Part shown: one piece after another, positions 19,177 to 28,828 of the stretch
Position numbering within the stretch: position 1 is the first letter of the stretch
How the letters are laid out: every line of letters begins with the position of its first letter
Assembly (NCBI GenBank): GCA_963771275.1
Contig: CAVYSW010000003.1
Coordinates: 1,696,001 to 1,760,000, forward strand
DNA: 64,000 nucleotides
DNA from: an uncultured Gemmatimonadales bacterium
Lineage (GTDB): Bacteria; Gemmatimonadota; Gemmatimonadetes; Gemmatimonadales; GWC2-71-9
Direction of reading: 5' to 3'
The notes under the pieces: model-generated
Told to the model about the DNA's origin: nothing
The model's input: only the letters and a program-made list of their open reading frames with translations
Database searches by the model: none
Position numbers and translations under genes: made by a program

Positions 19177-19794
19177 ATGGCGATGACCGAGAAAGAACGC
19201 AAGCAGCTCATGTGGCTGCTGTTGATCGTCCCGGTCGGGGCGATCCTCCTGTTCTGGTTCCTCGTGCGGCAGCCGCAGACCCTGGAAGCCGCCGAGCGGC
19301 GCCACGTGATCGACTCCCTGCAGCTCTCAGTGGACTCGGCGCGACGCGACCTCGCATCGGGCACCGTCGAGGAGCTGCGCCAGCGGGTCGCGGGCTACGA
19401 GTCGGGCCTCGCCCTCATGCGGGAGCTGGTCCCCACCGACAACGAGGTCGCCGCCCTGATCAACGACATCTCCGACCGGGCCAAGCTGCGCAACGTCACG
19501 GTCACGGACCTCTCGCCCCTCGGGTACGAGAACGCCGGCGAGTACCGCGTGGCGCGGTACCGCTTCGCGGTGCTCGGCCATTACGACGAGATCGGCGCGT
19601 TCCTGTCGGACATCGCCTCGCTGCGGCGCATCATGGTGCCCCACTCGCTCTCGCTCCAAATCGCGACGAGCCAGTCGGCCAAGGTGGAGGGAGATACCAC
19701 CGGCGCGCTGCTCCAGGCCCAGTTCCAGCTCAAGGCGTTCGTGAAGCAACCGCCGGTAGGCGAGGGCGAAGGAGGTCCCGGTGGCGCACGCTAG
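19177..19794 (+). CDS. pilO: Type IV pilus assembly protein PilO
   Basis: TM plus coiled coil, LVPTDNEVAALINDI, GHYDEIGAFLSDIASLRRI; follows pilN. Confidence 0.85.
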   Translation: MAMTEKERKQLMWLLLIVPVGAILLFWFLVRQPQTLEAAERRHVIDSLQLSVDSARRDLASGTVEELRQRVAGYESGLALMRELVPTDNEVAALINDISDRAKLRNVTVTDLSPLGYENAGEYRVARYRFAVLGHYDEIGAFLSDIASLRRIMVPHSLSLQIATSQSAKVEGDTTGALLQAQFQLKAFVKQPPVGEGEGGPGGAR

Positions 19795-20281
19795 CCATTG
19801 GTCCGTGCTGCTGAGCGCAGGCCTCGCGCTGGCGGCATGCGGGGGCGGCGCCGAGCAGCCGGCGGCTGCCACGGAGCAGGCCGCCACACCGGCCGCCGGG
19901 CCGGCCGCCGTGCAGCAGGCGGCGCCGGACACGACGGCCCAGGCCGCGCCGTCCATGGACCTGTCGCGCGAGGTGTTCGCGTTCCGCGGCACCGGGCGCG
20001 ACCCGTTCCTCTCGCTGCTGAAGTCCGGCGATGTCCGGCCCCTCCCGCAGGATGTCCGCGTGACGGGCATCACCTTCGACCCGCGCTACCCCCAACGAAG
20101 CGTCGCGACGCTGCAGGACACGACGTACGGTCGGCGGTACACGATTCGGGTCGGGGACGTGATCGGTCGTATCCGGATCGTCGAGATCCGCGCCACGGAG
20201 GTGGTCGCGGTCGTTGAGGAGTTCGGCGTGGATCGACAGTTGGTCCTGCCGGTCCGTCGTCGCCAGGAGGATACCCCATGA
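19781..20281 (+). CDS. pilP: PilP-like lipoprotein
   Basis: Lipobox LAAC, GRDPF motif, IRVGDVIG; lies between pilO and pilQ. Confidence 0.75.
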   Translation: MAHASHWSVLLSAGLALAACGGGAEQPAAATEQAATPAAGPAAVQQAAPDTTAQAAPSMDLSREVFAFRGTGRDPFLSLLKSGDVRPLPQDVRVTGITFDPRYPQRSVATLQDTTYGRRYTIRVGDVIGRIRIVEIRATEVVAVVEEFGVDRQLVLPVRRRQEDTP

Positions 20282-22086
20282 AGCGGTCATTCGTTCTTGC
20301 TGCCGGGTTGCTGCTGGCGGCGTCCCGTGCCTTCGCCGGACCCGGTGAGGTCAAGGCCGTCAGCGTCCTCCCCGCTCCCGGACGTGCCGAGGTCGTGATC
20401 GACGTCGCCGGGAGCATCAGCTACCAGGACTTCGCCCTGGCAGGCCCCGCGCGACTGGTCGTGGATATCACCGGCGCGACCCTGACCGCCACCCGGGCGG
20501 CCTACGACGGGGTGAATCGGGGCGGGATCCTCGACGTGCGCTACTCGCAGTATCGCGACGACGTCGTGCGCGTCGTGATCGAGCTCGACGCGCTGCGCGA
20601 CTACACGATCGTGCAGGCGGAGGGCGCGGTCCGGATCTCCGTGGGGTCGGACCAGACGTTTGCGGCCTGGTCGTCGCTCGAGCCGCGCGCGCTGGCCGCC
20701 GCCGCCACGGGCGGCAGCGCCTCGCCCTACGCCGCCGAAGCCCCCGCGATGCTGCCGTCGACCACGCAGAGCCAGCAGCCGCGGATTACCGTCACGTACG
20801 ACTCCGCGTCGGTGGCGGACGTGATGGCCGGCCTCGCGGCGTTCAGCGGGCGGTCGATCGTCTTGGGCAAGTCGGTCCAGGGCACGGTCACGGCCGAGAT
20901 CAAGAACCAGCCGTGGGACGTGGCGTTCCAGGTGATCCTCGCCTCGCAGGGCCTGTCGGCGGTCGAAGAGGAGTCGGGCATCATCCGCGTGGACAACCCC
21001 GCGATCCTCGCCCAGCGCGACTCGCTCGAGCCGCTGACCACCAAGCTCGTCCGGGTCAACTACGTCCGCGCCGCCGCGCTGCTCCCGGCGATCGGGGCGG
21101 TGCTGTCCGGGCGCGGCAAGGTCGTGGCCGACACCTCCTCGAATACGTTGATCATCACCGACGTGGAGAGCCGGGTCGACCGCGACTCGGTGTTCGTGAC
21201 ACGCCTCGACATCCGGACGCCGCAGATCGCGATCCAGGCCAAGCTGATCTTCGTGGACCGAACGGACATCGAGAACCTCGGTGTGCGCTACGACCTGGGG
21301 ACCTCGAGCCAGTTCTTCAACAAGCTCGTCGCGCGGCCCGACCCCACGACGGCGGAAGGCGTGGACATCGACGGTGACGGCGTCCCGGACATCACGAAGT
21401 ACGATCTGTACGACAAGAACTCGACCATCGTCAACCTCGGCGGAAACGCGCTGTCCGGCGTCGCCAACGCCGATGCGGTCATCCCGAGCCCGGCGCTCAA
21501 CCTGATCTTCTCCACCGCGCTCGGCGGGTACAGCCTCACGACGTTCCTCGAGGCCCTGCAGCGCGTCGAGCTGGCGGACCTCCAGGCGGAGCCGGTGATC
21601 AGCACCGCCGACAACACCCAGGCTCATATCCTGGTCGGCGAGAAGACGCCGATCCGCATCATCGACGTCAGCGCACCGTCGGGCGGGACCAACAACGTGC
21701 CGCGAGCCACGACGCAGATCGTGGAGACCGGCATCATCCTGCGGGTCACCCCGCATGTCACCAGCAGCCGGCAGATCCTGATGCAGATCCACGCCGAGAA
21801 CTCGTCCATCCGAGTGGCGCCGGCGGACATCGGGTACACCTTCCAGACCCAGGAAGCCGAGAACCAGATTCTCGTGAACGACGGCGAGACCGCGGTGATC
21901 GGGGGCCTCACGGTGACCCAATTGACAGTGTCGAAGAGCGGCATCCCGTTCCTCGTCGACCTGCCGATCATCGGAGGCCTGTTCGGCTTCACGCTGCGGC
22001 AGGAGCAGCGCCGCGACCTGCTCATCCTCGTGACGCCGCACGTGATCGACGATGCGACCAGCATGACGGCGGCCGGCGGGCGCTGA
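20278..22086 (+). CDS. pilQ: Type IV pilus secretin PilQ
   Basis: Signal peptide, AMIN-like domain, QPWDVAF, secretin core (LRVTPHVT; DGETAVIGGL; GIPFLVDLPIIGGLF; LLILVTP). Confidence 0.95.
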   Translation: MKRSFVLAAGLLLAASRAFAGPGEVKAVSVLPAPGRAEVVIDVAGSISYQDFALAGPARLVVDITGATLTATRAAYDGVNRGGILDVRYSQYRDDVVRVVIELDALRDYTIVQAEGAVRISVGSDQTFAAWSSLEPRALAAAATGGSASPYAAEAPAMLPSTTQSQQPRITVTYDSASVADVMAGLAAFSGRSIVLGKSVQGTVTAEIKNQPWDVAFQVILASQGLSAVEEESGIIRVDNPAILAQRDSLEPLTTKLVRVNYVRAAALLPAIGAVLSGRGKVVADTSSNTLIITDVESRVDRDSVFVTRLDIRTPQIAIQAKLIFVDRTDIENLGVRYDLGTSSQFFNKLVARPDPTTAEGVDIDGDGVPDITKYDLYDKNSTIVNLGGNALSGVANADAVIPSPALNLIFSTALGGYSLTTFLEALQRVELADLQAEPVISTADNTQAHILVGEKTPIRIIDVSAPSGGTNNVPRATTQIVETGIILRVTPHVTSSRQILMQIHAENSSIRVAPADIGYTFQTQEAENQILVNDGETAVIGGLTVTQLTVSKSGIPFLVDLPIIGGLFGFTLRQEQRRDLLILVTPHVIDDATSMTAAGGR

Positions 22087-22114
22087 TCGTCCCGACCGGC
22101 GTCCCACGCGCGTG

Positions 22115-22145
22115 ACGAGCCCGGCTCCGGCCGGGCTCGTTTGTT
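22115..22145 (+). terminator. Rho-independent terminator after pilQ
   Basis: ACGAGCCCGGC-tccg-GCCGGGCTCGT then TTGTT. Confidence 0.7.
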
Positions 22146-22197
22146 GATGGGGTGCGGGAAAGGGATGTCGGTTCCCAGGGACCGCGAGCTAGCTTTA

Positions 22198-22318
22198 CAA
22201 TGACCAATGTCCAATGTCCAATGTCCAATATCCAATGCTCCAATGATCCAATGTCCAATATCCAAGTGAGATCCGGGACACTTGGATATTGGTCATTGAA
22301 TATTGATCCTTGAGTATT
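22198..22318. repeat. Heptamer tandem-repeat arms in inverted orientation (CAATGTC-like x9 / GATATTG-like x5)
   Basis: 22198-22265 caatgac caatgtc caatgtc caatgtc caatatc...; 22281-22318 cttggatattggtcattgaatattgatccttgagtatt. Confidence 0.85.
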
Positions 22319-23524
22319 ATGCCGATCCGATGCACCACGGCGGGTGAATCGCACGGCAAGGCCCTCCTGGCGATCGTGGAAGGCATCCCGGCCGGCCTGC
22401 CGCTCACGGCGGAGCACGTCGACCGCGAGCTCAAGCGCCGCATGGCGGGGCATGGGCGGGGCGCCCGCATGAAGATCGAGGCGGACCGCGTGGATCTGCT
22501 CAGCGGCGTGCGCGCCGGCGAGACGCTCGGCTCCCCGATCGGCCTGGTGATCCCCAATCGCGATTGGGAGAACTGGGCGGACGTGATGGCGCCCGAGCCC
22601 GACCCGCCGGGCGCCGGCCCGCGTCGCCGCCAGGTGCTGCGACCACGGCCGGGGCATGCCGACCTGGTCGGGGTGCTGAAGTACCGCCGGTCCGACGCGC
22701 GGGACATCCTGGAACGGGCGAGTGCGCGGGAAACCGCCGCGCGCGTCGCATGCGGCGCGGTCTGCAAGGCACTGCTGGCGCAGCTCGGGATGGAGATTGG
22801 CAGTCACGTCGTCGTCCTGGGGAACGTCGAAGCGCGGCCGCCGGTCCCGCTGCCGGTGCCCCTCAACCCCGCCAGCGACGCGTCACCGGTCCGCTGCCTG
22901 GATGCCGAAGCCGCCGCGGCGATGGTGGCAGCGATCGATGCGGCGGCCGCGGCGCGCGACACGCTCGGCGGGATCGTGGAGGTGATTGCCCACGGCGCCC
23001 CCGTCGGCCTGGGCTCGCACGTGTCATGGGACCGCAAGCTCGACGGGCGGCTCGCCGGGGCCCTGATGGCCATCCCGGCGGTGAAGGGCGTGGAGATCGG
23101 CGCCGGCTTCGCCGCGGCGCGGCGCCATGGCTCCGAAACGCACGATCCGATCGTTCGCGGCGGGACGCGTGCCGCCGGGGGCTACGCCCGCGCCAGCAAC
23201 CGGGCCGGCGGGCTGGAGGGCGGGATGACGAGCGGCGAGCCGATCGTGCTGCGCGTCGCCATGAAGCCGATCTCGACCCTGATGCGCCCCCTGCAAACGG
23301 TCGACCTCGTGACCGGGGGCTCATCCAAGGCCCAGGCCGAGCGGTCGGACGTCACGGCGGTGCCGGCGCTGGGCGTGATTGCCGAGGCGGTGTGCGCGAT
23401 CGTGCTGGCGGACGCCTGCCTCGAGAAGTTCGGCGGAGACTCCCTGCCCGAGCTGCGCGACAACCTGGAGCGCTACCTCGACGTGCTCAACCGACGGTGG
23501 GCGGAAAGCGGGCCGGAGGCGTGA
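22319..23524 (+). CDS. aroC: Chorismate synthase
   Basis: TAGESHG, RPGHAD, LERASARETAARVA, MKPISTL, ERSDV. Confidence 0.95.
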   Translation: MPIRCTTAGESHGKALLAIVEGIPAGLPLTAEHVDRELKRRMAGHGRGARMKIEADRVDLLSGVRAGETLGSPIGLVIPNRDWENWADVMAPEPDPPGAGPRRRQVLRPRPGHADLVGVLKYRRSDARDILERASARETAARVACGAVCKALLAQLGMEIGSHVVVLGNVEARPPVPLPVPLNPASDASPVRCLDAEAAAAMVAAIDAAAAARDTLGGIVEVIAHGAPVGLGSHVSWDRKLDGRLAGALMAIPAVKGVEIGAGFAAARRHGSETHDPIVRGGTRAAGGYARASNRAGGLEGGMTSGEPIVLRVAMKPISTLMRPLQTVDLVTGGSSKAQAERSDVTAVPALGVIAEAVCAIVLADACLEKFGGDSLPELRDNLERYLDVLNRRWAESGPEA

Positions 23525-24036
23525 GGAAGCACGTGGTGCTGATCGGCCTGCCGGGGTGCGGGAAGAGCGCCGTGGGGCGAAGCGTGGCGGCGGCGCTGAC
23601 CACAGACTGCGAGGATCTCGACGACGCCATCACCGTGGCAGCCGGACGGCCGATCCCGGCGATGTTCGCGCAGCTGGGTGAGCCGGCATTCCGCGACCTC
23701 GAGCGCGCCGCGATGCGCCGCGCACTGGCGCGGCCGCCCCACGTGATCGCGGCGGGCGGAGGGTGGGCCGCGCAGCCCGGCAACCTCGAGGCGGCCGGGC
23801 CGGACACCGTCATCATTCACCTGTCATGCGGGCCCGAGACCGCCGTGGCGCGGCTCGCCGACGGCCCGGCGCGCCCGCTCCTGGCCGGTGATCCCGTGGC
23901 CGCCATGCGCCGGCTCCACGCCGAGCGCGCGACGTTCTACGCGCGTGCGGACGCGACGATCGACACCGAAGGCCGTGGCGTCGAAGCCGTGGCGCGCGAG
24001 GTGACCCGGCTTGCGCGATCCTTGGGCAGGTGGTAA
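23521..24036 (+). CDS. aroK: Shikimate kinase
   Basis: GTG start, LIGLPGCGKS Walker A, GEPAFRDLE, AGGG, RPLL. Confidence 0.9.
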   Translation: MRKHVVLIGLPGCGKSAVGRSVAAALTTDCEDLDDAITVAAGRPIPAMFAQLGEPAFRDLERAAMRRALARPPHVIAAGGGWAAQPGNLEAAGPDTVIIHLSCGPETAVARLADGPARPLLAGDPVAAMRRLHAERATFYARADATIDTEGRGVEAVAREVTRLARSLGRW

Positions 24037-24182
24037 TAATGCCCGCCGACCTCCGGACCGGAGCTTTTCTGGGGCGTTCCTGCTAAGTCGTTTGTTCACA
24101 GAAGGTTGCCAGGTCGGCCTAGACGGGGATCCCGGTCCCGGCTAGGCCGTTTGGATGTTCGGATGGACCAGACGAGAGGATT

Positions 24183-26471
24183 ATGGCGAAGTCACGCAGC
24201 GCACTGGTGATCGTCGAGTCCCCCACCAAGGCCAAGACGGTGGGGAAGTACCTCAAAGACCTCGGCGGTGAATTCAAGAGTTACGCGGTCAAGGCGACGG
24301 TCGGGCACCTGCGCGACCTGCCGCAGCGCGAGCTGGGCGTGGACGTCGACAACGATTTCGCGCCCAAGTACGTGACGATCCGCGGCAAGGCGAAGACCCT
24401 GGCGGAGCTGAAGAAGGCCGCCAAGGCGGTGGACGCCGTCTACCTCGCCACCGATCCGGATCGCGAGGGCGAGGCGATCGCCTGGCACGTGGCGGATCAG
24501 CTGGGCTCGGGGCCCGACGTGCGGCGCGTGCTGTTCCACGAGATCACGCGCGATGCCGTGCGAGAGGCCATCCGGCATCCCATCGCCATCGACGACCTCA
24601 AGGTCGAAGCGCAGCAGGCTCGGCGCATCCTCGATCGCCTGGTGGGCTACAAGGCGAGTCCGCTGCTCTGGAAGTCGATCAAGACCGGCCTGTCCGCGGG
24701 CCGCGTGCAGACCGTTGCCCTGCGTCTCATCGTGGAGCGCGAGGAGGAGATCCGCGCGTTCACGCCGCAGGAGTACTGGACCATCGAGGCGGAGCTCGAG
24801 GCCAAGCGCAAGCGCTTCGAAGCCAGGCTGCACAAGATCGCCGGGCACAAGCCCGAGCTGCCCGACGAGGCCGCGGCCCGCAAGGTCGTCAAGGCGGTTA
24901 CCGGCAAGCCGTTCGTCGTCTCGGAGGTGTCGCGCAAGCAGCGGCGCAAGCACGCGCCGCCGCCGTTCACCACGAGCACGCTGCAGCAGGAGGCGGCCAA
25001 GCAGCTGGGCTTCTCCGCGCAGCGCACCATGCGGACGGCACAGCAGCTGTATGAGGGCGTCGAGATCGGCGACGAGGGGGCGGTCGGCCTCATCACCTAC
25101 ATGCGCACCGATTCCACGCGCGTCGCGCCGTCGGCGATCGAGGCCGTGCGCGCGTTCATCAAGACGGCGTTCTCGGCCAAGTATCTCCCGGCGCAGCCCA
25201 ACGTGTTCTCGGGCAAGGGCTCGGCCCGGGCGCAGGACGCGCATGAGGCGATCCGGCCGTCGGATGTGCTCCGTCGCCCGGACCGGGTCAAGAAGTGGCT
25301 GTCGCCGGACCAGTTCCGCCTGTACCAGCTCGTCTGGCAGCGGTTCGTGGGCTCGCAGATGACCCCCGTCGTCTACGACACCACGACGATCGACTTCACG
25401 GTCGGCCAGTACCTGTTCCGCGCCACGGGCTCGGTGGTCGTGTTCGACGGGTATCATGCCGTGTTCCACGAGGGACACGAGGCGGAAGAGGGCCGTACGC
25501 TCGAGGACCTCAAGCCCGTGCCCGTCCTGGACAAGGGCGACGAGGCGAAGGTCCGGCAGATCACGCCGAGCCAGCACTTCACCGACCCGCCGCCGCGCTA
25601 CTCGGAGGCGAGTCTCGTCAAGGAGCTCGAGAAGCGGGGTATCGGGCGGCCGAGCACCTACAGCGCGATCATCTCGACGCTGCGCCAACGGGACTACGTC
25701 TCGCTCAAGGACCGGCGGTTCCAGCCGACGTCGCTCGGCGAGACGGTGTCCCGCGTGCTCGTGGCGCGGTTCCCGGACATCTTCAACGTCGAGTTCACCT
25801 CCGAGATGGAAAACGAGCTGGACAAGGTGGAGGAGGGCGAGCTGCGCTGGGTCCAGGTGCTGCGGAACTTCTACGGCCCGTTCGCCAAGGCCCTGGAGAA
25901 CGTGGACACGGCGGCGATGATCCGTGAGGCCCACGACGTCGGGGGCCTCGAGGGTCAGCCCTGCCCGCAGTGCGGCAAGGGGACGCTCGCGATTCGGAGC
26001 GGGCGCTTCGGGCCGTTCATCGCCTGCTCCACGTATCCCGAGTGCCGCTACACCAAGCCGCTCAGGCGCGATCGGGCGCCGGATCGGCCGACCGACGAGA
26101 AGTGCGCGGAATGCGGCGCGCCGATGGTCATCAAGACCGGCCGGTTCGGCGAGTTCCTCGCCTGCACGCGCTATCCGGAGTGCAAGCATACCCGCCCGAT
26201 CCCGTTGGGCGTGAAGTGCCCGCGCTGCGGCGAGGGGGATCTGGCCGAGCGGCGGACCAAGCGTGGTCGATCGTTCTTCGGCTGCACGCGCTATCCCGCG
26301 TGCGACTTCTCGACGTGGTACCGGCCGAAGACCGACGTCTGTCCCGAGTGCGGTTTCGTCGGCGCGGAGCAACGCTCGACGAAGGCGCGCGGCGAGTACC
26401 GCAAGTGCCTCAAGTGCGGCGCGGAGTTCCTGCCGGCGGAGGAGGGCGCAGCCGCACCGGCCGGCCCGTGA
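24183..26471 (+). CDS. topA: DNA topoisomerase I
   Basis: IVESPTKAK, ATDPDREGE, SAGRVQ, LITYMRTDS, C-terminal zinc ribbons. Confidence 0.97.
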   Translation: MAKSRSALVIVESPTKAKTVGKYLKDLGGEFKSYAVKATVGHLRDLPQRELGVDVDNDFAPKYVTIRGKAKTLAELKKAAKAVDAVYLATDPDREGEAIAWHVADQLGSGPDVRRVLFHEITRDAVREAIRHPIAIDDLKVEAQQARRILDRLVGYKASPLLWKSIKTGLSAGRVQTVALRLIVEREEEIRAFTPQEYWTIEAELEAKRKRFEARLHKIAGHKPELPDEAAARKVVKAVTGKPFVVSEVSRKQRRKHAPPPFTTSTLQQEAAKQLGFSAQRTMRTAQQLYEGVEIGDEGAVGLITYMRTDSTRVAPSAIEAVRAFIKTAFSAKYLPAQPNVFSGKGSARAQDAHEAIRPSDVLRRPDRVKKWLSPDQFRLYQLVWQRFVGSQMTPVVYDTTTIDFTVGQYLFRATGSVVVFDGYHAVFHEGHEAEEGRTLEDLKPVPVLDKGDEAKVRQITPSQHFTDPPPRYSEASLVKELEKRGIGRPSTYSAIISTLRQRDYVSLKDRRFQPTSLGETVSRVLVARFPDIFNVEFTSEMENELDKVEEGELRWVQVLRNFYGPFAKALENVDTAAMIREAHDVGGLEGQPCPQCGKGTLAIRSGRFGPFIACSTYPECRYTKPLRRDRAPDRPTDEKCAECGAPMVIKTGRFGEFLACTRYPECKHTRPIPLGVKCPRCGEGDLAERRTKRGRSFFGCTRYPACDFSTWYRPKTDVCPECGFVGAEQRSTKARGEYRKCLKCGAEFLPAEEGAAAPAGP

Positions 26472-27781
26472 CGGTCACGGTGGTGGGTGGCGGCCTCGCC
26501 GGGTGCGAGGCCGCGTGGGTGCTGGCGGAGGGGGGCCACGAGGTGGTGCTCCACGAGATGCGCCCCGGGGTCGCGACGCCCGCCCACCGCACCGATCGGC
26601 TCGCCGAGATCGTCTGCAGCAACACCTTCAAGTCGACCGAGCTTACCAACGCGCACGGACTGCTCAAGGCCGAGCTCCGCCTGCTCGGCAGCCTCCTGCT
26701 GGACGTCGCGGAGGGCGTGCGCGTGCCCGGTGGCGCCGCGCTCGCGGTGGATCGCGACCTGTTCAGCGCGGAAGTGACGCGTCGGGTGACGGCGCACGCG
26801 CGCATCAGGCTGGTGCGGGATGAGATGACGGACCTCACGTCGCCGGCCGTCGTGGCGACGGGGCCGCTCACGTCCACCACCCTCGCCGACCGCATCGCGC
26901 AGCGTCTGGGGCAGCAGGCCCTGTCGTTCTACGACGCGATCGCGCCGATCGTGAGCAGCGAGTCGCTCGACCTGTCCCGGCTGTACCGCGGCTCGCGCTA
27001 CGGCAAGGGCGGGGGAGCGGACTATCTCAACGCGCCGCTCACCCGGGAGGAGTACGCCGCCTTCGTGGACGCGCTGCGCGCGGGGGACCAGTTCACCCCG
27101 CACGCGTTCGACCGCGTGCCGTACTTCGAGGGCTGCCTTCCCATCGAGGAGATGGCCGGCCGGGGGGAGGACGTCCTGCGGTTCGGGCCCCTCAAGCCGG
27201 TCGGCCTCCCGGATCCCCGGACGGGGCGGGTGCCGCACGCGGTGGTGCAGCTGCGCCAGGAGGACCGTGCGGGCCAAATGTGGAATCTCGTCGGGTTTCA
27301 GACGCGACTCCGCATTCCGGAGCAGCAGCGGATCTTCCGGACCCTGCCCGGACTCGCTGCCGCCGAGTTTCTGCGGTGGGGGAGCCTGCACCGCAACACC
27401 TATCTCAACGCGCCCGCCGCGCTGAGCGCGCATCTCTCGGCTCCGGACGATCCGTGCCTGCTCTTCGCCGGCCAGCTGGTGGGTGTGGAGGGATACACGG
27501 AGTCGCTCGGCACCGGTCTCCTGGCCGGCATCAACCTCGCGCGCCTGCTCGCGGGAGCGGCCCCGCTGGTGCCCCCGCCGGAGACCATGCTCGGCAGCCT
27601 GGTGCGCTACCTGCACGCGGCCGATCCCGCCCACTTCCAGCCGATGAACGCGAACTTCGGGCTGCTCCCGCCGCTGGATGAGCGCGTGCGGGACCGCCAG
27701 GCGCGGAAGCACGGTCTGGCGGAGCGCGCGCTCGGCGCCATGGGCGGGTTCGCGCGCGACCTCGCCCGCGCCGTCGCCTGA
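26468..27781 (+). CDS. trmFO: Folate/FAD-dependent tRNA (U54)-methyltransferase TrmFO
   Basis: VVGGGLAGCEAA, EIVCSN, FYDAIAP, YFEGCLPIE, GPLKPVGL, QPMNANFGL. Confidence 0.95.
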   Translation: MTVTVVGGGLAGCEAAWVLAEGGHEVVLHEMRPGVATPAHRTDRLAEIVCSNTFKSTELTNAHGLLKAELRLLGSLLLDVAEGVRVPGGAALAVDRDLFSAEVTRRVTAHARIRLVRDEMTDLTSPAVVATGPLTSTTLADRIAQRLGQQALSFYDAIAPIVSSESLDLSRLYRGSRYGKGGGADYLNAPLTREEYAAFVDALRAGDQFTPHAFDRVPYFEGCLPIEEMAGRGEDVLRFGPLKPVGLPDPRTGRVPHAVVQLRQEDRAGQMWNLVGFQTRLRIPEQQRIFRTLPGLAAAEFLRWGSLHRNTYLNAPAALSAHLSAPDDPCLLFAGQLVGVEGYTESLGTGLLAGINLARLLAGAAPLVPPPETMLGSLVRYLHAADPAHFQPMNANFGLLPPLDERVRDRQARKHGLAERALGAMGGFARDLARAVA

Positions 27782-27783
27782 GC

Positions 27784-28716
27784 GTGCTCCCCGCTCCGCG
27801 CCCCGAAGTGGAGGAGTTCCTCCTGTTCCTCGGCAAGGAGCGGAACGACTCGCCTCACACGGTGCGCGCCTACGCCCGCGACCTGCAGCAGTTCCAGCGC
27901 TTCGCGGACGAGTACTACGGGGGAGCGTGGGACTGGCGGGGCGTCGACCGGCTCGCGATCCGGAGCTTCATGGGGGCGCTGGCGCGGGCCGGGCAGGCCA
28001 AGCGCTCCGTGGCGCGCGCGGTGTCCGCGCTGCGCACGTTCTACCGGTTCCTGGGTCTGCGACACGGCTACGACCGCAACCCCGCGCGCAGCGTGCGGCT
28101 GCCCCGCGGCGAGCGGCGCCTGCCGGCGGTGCTGGACCGCGCGCAGATGGAGCAGCTCTTCGCGATCGCGGTGGACGCGGCGGAGCGGGGCGGGTTCCAG
28201 GCGGCGCGCGATCTGACCATGCTGGAGCTGCTCTACGGGACGGGGATGCGTCTGGCCGAGCTGGCGCAGCTCAACGCGGGCGACGTCGACGGAATCGCGG
28301 ACCAGGTGAAGGTGCGAGGCAAGGGGCGGAAGGAGCGGATCCTCCCGGTGGGACGCCATGCCCTCAAGGCGCTGCGGCGTTACGAGCGGGAGCGCGAGAC
28401 CTTGCTGGCGGGTCGCCCCGCCGGAGCCGGGGACCGGCGCGCGCTGTTCCTGGCGCGCAGCGGCCGGCGCCTGTCGCCGCGAGCGATCCAGTGGGCGGTG
28501 CGCCGCTACCTGCGGCTCGTGGGGGAGCGCGCCGGCCTCAAGGTGCACTCGCTGCGCCACAGTTTCGCGACGCACTTGCTCGACGCGGGCGCCGATCTCC
28601 GCGCGGTGCAGGAGCTGCTGGGGCACAGCTCGCTCAGCACGACGCAGGTGTATACTCATACCAGCGTGGAGCGGCTGAAAAAGGTGTATCTGCAGGCGCA
28701 TCCGCGGGCGAGGTAG
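27784..28716 (+). CDS. xerC: Tyrosine recombinase XerC
   Basis: SPHTVRAY, LYGTGMR, GKGRKER, HSLRHSFATH, LLGHSSLSTTQVY; topA-trmFO-xerC-hslVU synteny. Confidence 0.9.
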   Translation: MLPAPRPEVEEFLLFLGKERNDSPHTVRAYARDLQQFQRFADEYYGGAWDWRGVDRLAIRSFMGALARAGQAKRSVARAVSALRTFYRFLGLRHGYDRNPARSVRLPRGERRLPAVLDRAQMEQLFAIAVDAAERGGFQAARDLTMLELLYGTGMRLAELAQLNAGDVDGIADQVKVRGKGRKERILPVGRHALKALRRYERERETLLAGRPAGAGDRRALFLARSGRRLSPRAIQWAVRRYLRLVGERAGLKVHSLRHSFATHLLDAGADLRAVQELLGHSSLSTTQVYTHTSVERLKKVYLQAHPRAR

Positions 28717-28717
28717 A

Positions 28718-28819
28718 GAATGTCCAATGCTCAATGTTCAAGTGAACTGCGGTGGCCCTTGGACATTGAGCATTGAGTCTTGAGCATTGAGTCTTGAGCA
28801 TTGAGCATTGAGCATTGAG
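28718..28819. repeat. Heptamer tandem-repeat arms in inverted orientation (CAATGCT-like x3 / ATTGAGC-like x9)
   Basis: aatgtc caatgct caatgtt caag ... cttggac attgagc attgagt cttgagc attgagt cttgagc attgagc attgagc attgag. Confidence 0.85.
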
Positions 28820-28828
28820 GAGGGGTCG

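Noticed and set aside
27784..28716. XerC as an integron integrase for the downstream TA cassettes
   Set aside because: It lies in the conserved topA-trmFO-xerC-hslVU block, shows no IntI-specific insertion, and has no adjacent attI or convincing attC array.
22198..28819. Heptamer arrays as CRISPR
   Set aside because: Units are 7 nt and contiguous, with no spacers and no cas genes.
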